In this document: in pieces, positions 59,417 to 64,000 of the stretch
Numbering within the stretch: the first letter of the stretch is position 1
Layout: every line of letters begins with the position of its first letter
Assembly (NCBI GenBank): GCA_040384705.1
Contig: JAZKIU010000001.1
Coordinates: 89,907-153,906, forward strand
From: Patescibacteria group bacterium
GTDB lineage: Bacteria > Patescibacteriota > Minisyncoccia > Phycocordibacterales > Phycocordibacteraceae
Direction of reading: 5' to 3'
DNA: 64,000 nucleotides
The notes under the pieces: generated by a model
What the model saw: only the letters and a program-made list of their open reading frames with translations
What the model was told of the DNA's origin: nothing
Databases searched by the model: none
Translations under genes and position numbers: made by a program

Positions 59417-60382
59417 ATGATGACAGTCGAACTGTCTCCACACGAAGAGTACGAGATCAATCAACAGGAACTGAAACTCGAGCTCTCTAGAAGTTCCTTA
59501 AAGGAAGGGGACGCGGTGAACGAAGCGACGGTTAACGCCACTGCACCTGAAAGTAAAAAAGGGGGTCCTGAAGCAAAACCCGGATCTAAGCATTTATATT
59601 TGCATCTCGGCATTGAGCAGGTCACCAAGGCATTACTCGAAGACGTGCTTGCGCCTGGAGTGCATCCGGAACCCTTTAGTCCGGATCGGGCCTACTTCGC
59701 TCGGTCGTATTACCCTCCTCGCGGCACTGCGCTTGAGTTCAAGTTCCAGCAGCTCTACCGCGATTTGAGGGGAACCCGGTCCGTTCGGCTCAGCTTCCTG
59801 CAGTGCCGCCGATTCGTAAATGGCGGCGCTACGGAGTTCATGAACTCGCGTGGGTTCATATCCTCCTGCGTGATGGTCGATGCGCCGACGGATTGGATGG
59901 AGCTTTCCCAAGTTCCTCAGTCCGTTTACGACAAGGTGGGCGCGCCACCACTGGGCGGCGAGCCTCTCTTGATTAGTATCGAACCTCCTGATGAGGCGTT
60001 GGGATATTTCGAATGTCGCCTTCGGTTCTTCCATGACCCGAGCGCGATCGCTCCCCTTAGCCTGCTTACCGAATACGCCTCCGGCGTGACCGACACAAGG
60101 AACGGCCGCATCGTTATAGGTCCATTGAGCGATAAGGCAAGAAATCTGCTGAAAGCTCATCGTTCCCGAATGTTGAGTAAGCATGTACGGTCGAGGCGGG
60201 GCACATCGCCTTCGTCGCCGAACTTTCCGGCGTATGAACCGTTCAGTGCTGTCGAACGTACTCGTCCGCCAGCACCCAAGGCGTTGCCGGCACCGGTCAG
60301 GGCTCTCCCAGCTCCTGGACAGAGCAGCGATACCGCGGGGAAAAACAAGAAACCTCCGGCTCCGAAACGACGGGGAAAATAG
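59417..60382 (+). CDS. Hypothetical protein inserted in the spc operon
   Basis: Long ORF with atypical codon usage and a basic Pro-rich C-terminal tail; hairpin at 60414-60439. Confidence 0.6.
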   Translation: MMTVELSPHEEYEINQQELKLELSRSSLKEGDAVNEATVNATAPESKKGGPEAKPGSKHLYLHLGIEQVTKALLEDVLAPGVHPEPFSPDRAYFARSYYPPRGTALEFKFQQLYRDLRGTRSVRLSFLQCRRFVNGGATEFMNSRGFISSCVMVDAPTDWMELSQVPQSVYDKVGAPPLGGEPLLISIEPPDEALGYFECRLRFFHDPSAIAPLSLLTEYASGVTDTRNGRIVIGPLSDKARNLLKAHRSRMLSKHVRSRRGTSPSSPNFPAYEPFSAVERTRPPAPKALPAPVRALPAPGQSSDTAGKNKKPPAPKRRGK

Positions 60383-60461
60383 GAGCTTGTGCACCATACA
60401 CGTTCCTTACTACATGCCCGGCTTGCGAAAGCCGGGCATCCCTATCTCTATCGAAGCCCGT

Positions 60462-60490
60462 TTGACAGCGTAAATGCTAGCTGATACATT
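60462..60490 (+). promoter_or_regulatory. sigma70 promoter of rpsN-secY
   Basis: TTGACA-17-TACATT. Confidence 0.75.
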
Positions 60491-60520
60491 ACTTGCACGC
60501 TCTCCGGAGCTATTTTTCTT

Positions 60521-60790
60521 ATGGCAAAGACCTCCCAAATCGCACGAAACACCAAGCGCGTGAAGCTTGCCGAGAAGTACGCTGAAAAGCGTGCGGCTCT
60601 TAAGGCTGCGGGTGATTTCGAGGGTCTCCAGAAGCTCCCCCGGAACTCCTCACCTGTGCGTATCAACAACCGCTGCGCAGTCTCTGGTCGTGGTCGCGGC
60701 TACATGCGTGATTTCGGCGTTTCCCGCATCGTTTTCCGCGAACTCGCCCGTGACGGCAAGATCCCGGGCGTTAAGAAGGCTTCCTGGTAA
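60521..60790 (+). CDS. rpsN: 30S ribosomal protein S14 (89-aa zinc-free type)
   Basis: [12 protein letters not shown]...GR.RG and [16 protein letters not shown] motifs. Confidence 0.96.
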   Translation: MAKTSQIARNTKRVKLAEKYAEKRAALKAAGDFEGLQKLPRNSSPVRINNRCAVSGRGRGYMRDFGVSRIVFRELARDGKIPGVKKASW

Positions 60791-60797
60791 TTTTCGT

Positions 60798-61187
60798 ATG
60801 GTTACTGACCGCGTAGGAGATTTCATCATCCGTCTTAAGAATGCCGGCGCTATCGGCAAGAATGTCGTTACCGTACCGTACTCCAAGCACGTCGAAGAGA
60901 TAGCGAACAAGCTCAAGACTCTCGGATACGTCACGCACGTAGGCCCAAGCAAGAGCCCGTACGAGTTCGAGGTAACTCTCGCATTCGATGATCGCGGCCG
61001 CTCCAAGATTCGCGACGTGAAGCGTATCTCGAAGCCAGGTCGCCGCCTCTACACTCCATCGCACAGCGCGCACACCGTGAAGAACGGTACCGGTTCACGC
61101 CTCCTTTCGACCAACCGCGGTATCCTCACGGATTCCGAGGCGCGCAAGGTGAAGGCCGGTGGCGAAGACCTCTTCGAGATCTGGTAA
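60798..61187 (+). CDS. rpsH: 30S ribosomal protein S8
   Basis: D.IIRLKNA, RISKPGRRLY, STNRG and GGE motifs. Confidence 0.95.
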   Translation: MVTDRVGDFIIRLKNAGAIGKNVVTVPYSKHVEEIANKLKTLGYVTHVGPSKSPYEFEVTLAFDDRGRSKIRDVKRISKPGRRLYTPSHSAHTVKNGTGSRLLSTNRGILTDSEARKVKAGGEDLFEIW

Positions 61188-61200
61188 TCATTTTCGTACT

Positions 61201-61737
61201 ATGTCCTTCCGTATAGCAAAGAAACCCATAGCCGTTCCGGCGAAAGTACAGGTGACCGCCACAGGCGGGGAGCTTTCCGTGAAGGGCTCGAAGGCGACGC
61301 TCGCGCGCCCTATCCACTCATCGGTTTCCATCGAGGTAACCCCTGAGGGGGTGGTCATCGCTCCTAAGGACAATTCCAAGCTCGCTCGTGCGCTCACCGG
61401 CACCTTCGCTTCGCACCTCACCGCGATGATGCAGGGCGTCGAGACCCCCTTCAAGAAGGTCCTGCAGCTCAATGGTGTGGGATACAAGGTCGAGCTCCGT
61501 GGCACGGACCTCGTGTTCTCCGTCGGTTTCTCGCACCAGGTCACCCTCGCTATCCCGAAGGAGATAACCGTTACCGTCGTGAAGAACACCATCACGGTCG
61601 AGGGTTCCGATAAGCAGCAGGTCGGGCAGTTCTCAGCGGAAGTTCGCGCGGTGAAGCCGCCGGAGCCGTACCTCGGGAAGGGCATCAAGTACGAGGATGA
61701 GGTCATCCGCCGTAAGCAGGGCAAGAAGGCCGTCTAA
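61201..61737 (+). CDS. rplF: 50S ribosomal protein L6
   Basis: GVGYK, GFSH and PEPYLGKGIKY motifs. Confidence 0.96.
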   Translation: MSFRIAKKPIAVPAKVQVTATGGELSVKGSKATLARPIHSSVSIEVTPEGVVIAPKDNSKLARALTGTFASHLTAMMQGVETPFKKVLQLNGVGYKVELRGTDLVFSVGFSHQVTLAIPKEITVTVVKNTITVEGSDKQQVGQFSAEVRAVKPPEPYLGKGIKYEDEVIRRKQGKKAV

Positions 61738-61743
61738 TCTTTT

Positions 61744-62094
61744 ATGGCAACTACACTCCTCAACAAGAAAGAGCTCCGCGACCGCAGGCATCGCCGCGTC
61801 CGCGCGAAGATAACTGGTACCGCAGAGCGCCCACGCCTCGCGGTGTCCAAGTCGAACAAGTTCATCTCTGCGCAGCTCATCGACGATGACGCGCAGAAGA
61901 CCGTCGCGGCGTCCCATGGACGTTCGTTCCCTGGCCCCCTCGGCAAGCAGGCTCCTGCAGTGGGTGCTGCTATCGCTGCAGCCGCGAAGAAGGCGGGCAT
62001 CACGACGGTAGTGTTCGACCGCGGCGGATTCGAGTACGGCGGGCAGATAGAGGCGGTCGCGAACGCGGCACGCGAAGGCGGACTCACTTTCTAA
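61744..62094 (+). CDS. rplR: 50S ribosomal protein L18
   Basis: GTAERPRL, VFDRGG and AREGGL motifs. Confidence 0.96.
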   Translation: MATTLLNKKELRDRRHRRVRAKITGTAERPRLAVSKSNKFISAQLIDDDAQKTVAASHGRSFPGPLGKQAPAVGAAIAAAAKKAGITTVVFDRGGFEYGGQIEAVANAAREGGLTF

Positions 62095-62100
62095 TATTCT

Positions 62101-62751
62101 ATGACTGATACAACGACTCTCGACACCGATACGCAGGCTCCAGCCGAGACTGTTGCTGCGCCTGTAGAGGCGGCAGTAGTTCCGGAAGCTGCTCCAGCTG
62201 AAGCTGCAGCGCGTCCTGAGGGACGCGGCCCTATCCGTGGTCGCGGTCGCACCCAGGGCGGCCCTGGCGGCGCGCGTGGCGGTAACAACCGCGGTCGCGG
62301 TCGCGAACCGAGGGAGCGCAGCGAATTCGAGCAGGCGACCATCGAGGTCCGTCGCGTCGCCCGCGTCATGGCCGGCGGTCGCCGCTTCTCCTTCTCCGTA
62401 ACCGTCGTCATCGGCGACAAGAAGGGCCGTGTGGGCGTTGGTCTCGGCAAAGGTGCTGACACCGCGCTCGCTATCGACAAGGCAGTCCGCGACGCTAAGA
62501 AGCACCTCATCACCGTTCCTCGCACCGAGGATAACTCCATCAAGCACGATGTGACGGTGAAGTATGCCTCTTCGGTCATTTCCATAATCCCATCGCCCGG
62601 CCGCGGTATCGTCGCAGGCTCCGCTATGCGCACCGTGCTCGAGCACGCGGGCGTCACCAACGTAGTCGCGAAGATACTTTCGCGCACCAAGAACAAGCTC
62701 ACTATCGCGCGCGCGACAGTGGAGGCCCTTAAGCTGGTCCGTTCCCGCTAA
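62101..62751 (+). CDS. rpsE: 30S ribosomal protein S5 (long N-terminal extension)
   Basis: RV..GGRRFSF, G.VGVGLGK and GIVAG motifs. Confidence 0.96.
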   Translation: MTDTTTLDTDTQAPAETVAAPVEAAVVPEAAPAEAAARPEGRGPIRGRGRTQGGPGGARGGNNRGRGREPRERSEFEQATIEVRRVARVMAGGRRFSFSVTVVIGDKKGRVGVGLGKGADTALAIDKAVRDAKKHLITVPRTEDNSIKHDVTVKYASSVISIIPSPGRGIVAGSAMRTVLEHAGVTNVVAKILSRTKNKLTIARATVEALKLVRSR

Positions 62752-62762
62752 CTCATACTGGT

Positions 62763-63212
62763 ATGCAGATAAATACACTCGCTCCGAATACTGCTCGCAT
62801 CACATCGCCTCGCGTAGGGCGCGGCGGCAAGCGCGGAAAGACCTCGGGTCGCGGCACCAAGGGACAGAACGCGCGGGCCGGGCACAAGAAGCGCCCGGAG
62901 ATGCGCGATCTCATCAAGAAGCTCCCGAAGCTCCGCGGCCATGGCAAGAACCGCAGCCGCACGGTGCGTAACCGCATTCCGTACACGCCGGTGAACCTCT
63001 CCGCGCTCGAAGCTGCGTTTACCGCAGGCGACGCAGTGACGCCCGAGACCCTCTACAAGCAGGGCCTCATCCGCGCACGCGGCGGCAAGGTCGCGTTCGT
63101 AAAGATTCTCGGTACTGGTACTCTTACGAAGGCCCTCAAGGTCTCCGACTGCGAAGCTTCTGACGCCGCTAAGAAGGCGATAGAAGCTGCAGGCGGCTCC
63201 CTGGTGGCGTAA
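62763..63212 (+). CDS. rplO: 50S ribosomal protein L15
   Basis: RVGRG, GKTSGRGTKGQNAR, VKILG and IEAAGG motifs. Confidence 0.96.
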   Translation: MQINTLAPNTARITSPRVGRGGKRGKTSGRGTKGQNARAGHKKRPEMRDLIKKLPKLRGHGKNRSRTVRNRIPYTPVNLSALEAAFTAGDAVTPETLYKQGLIRARGGKVAFVKILGTGTLTKALKVSDCEASDAAKKAIEAAGGSLVA

Positions 63213-63224
63213 CCCGCGCACCTC

Positions 63225-64000
63225 ATGCTTTCCAACGCACTCCGCAAATTCAAAACCATCTTCACCGACCCGGTCATTCGTAACCGGCTCCTTTTCGTAG
63301 TTGCAGCCTTCGCCGTATTCCGCTTCCTCGCTTCCATTCCGATTCCGGGCGTGGACCAGGTAGCGCTCACCCAGTTCCTCAATAACAACCAGTTCCTCGG
63401 CCTCCTCAATATTTTCTCCGGCGGTGGGCTCTCGAACCTCTCCATCGTGATGCTCGGTGTGGGTCCGTACATCACCGCGTCCATCCTCATGCAGCTCGCG
63501 ACCGTCATCTCTCCCCGTGTGAAGGCGATGTATTCCGAGGAAGGGGAGCAGGGCCGTACTCGCTTCATGAGCATCAGCCGCATGATAGCGGTGCCGTTCG
63601 CGGTGCTCCAGGGTGTCGCATTCCTCACCCTTCTCGAGTCCCAGGGCATCGTGACCACCCTCACCCCGTTTGATTTCGCGGTGAACGTCATCCTCATCGG
63701 CGCAGGCTCCATGCTCCTTATGTGGATCGGTGAGCTCATCACCGAGTTCGGTATTGGTAACGGCGTTTCGCTCATCATCTTCGCCGGTATCGTCGCTGCG
63801 CTTCCTGCAGGCCTCTCCCAGGCGCTCTTCACTGCAACTGCCGCGAACATTCCCGCATACGTCGGTTTCGCCGTGCTCGCGCTCCTCGTCATCCTGGCGG
63901 TGGTGCTTGTTTCCGAAGCTGAGCGTTCCATCCCTATCCACTACGCCCGCCAGGTGCGTGGGGCTACGGGCGGCGCACCGACCTATCTTCCGGTCCGTCT
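63225..64000 (+). CDS. secY: Preprotein translocase subunit SecY (truncated by the window end)
   Basis: IPIPGVD, FSGG, LGVGPYITASI and WIGELITEFGIGNGVSLIIF motifs; open to the window end. Confidence 0.96.
   Translation, partial: MLSNALRKFKTIFTDPVIRNRLLFVVAAFAVFRFLASIPIPGVDQVALTQFLNNNQFLGLLNIFSGGGLSNLSIVMLGVGPYITASILMQLATVISPRVKAMYSEEGEQGRTRFMSISRMIAVPFAVLQGVAFLTLLESQGIVTTLTPFDFAVNVILIGAGSMLLMWIGELITEFGIGNGVSLIIFAGIVAALPAGLSQALFTATAANIPAYVGFAVLALLVILAVVLVSEAERSIPIHYARQVRGATGGAPTYLPVR

Overview
A 64-kb, GC-rich chromosomal segment that looks like Patescibacteria (CPR), probably Parcubacteria. The evidence is the missing uL30 between rpsE and rplO, ribosomal-protein genes without Shine-Dalgarno (SD) motifs, type IV pili with ComEC, and minimal metabolism. 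The left end looks origin-proximal: seven parS-like palindromes (four inside the CCA-adding enzyme gene), a DnaA-box-like array and four tRNAs. The middle holds housekeeping genes (rarA, hup, rny, clpP, ppa, nusA, tpiA, pgk, recJ, rnhA, sod, rpmB), a split type IV pilus locus, a split comEC and nucleotide-hydrolase genes. The right half is the str-S10-spc ribosomal superoperon up to secY, broken at five points by inserted genes; each downstream fragment has its own sigma70-type promoter. The most striking pattern is two translation-initiation designs. Conserved genes are leaderless or SD-free, while about 19 scattered orphan ORFs carry strong SD motifs and their own terminator hairpins. Other highlights: an S12 with altered decoding loops, a 6S-like RNA upstream of rny, an orphan ~65-nt sRNA, a nusA leader attenuator, and structured tuf and rplC leaders. 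All calls come from reading the sequence by eye; no searches were run.
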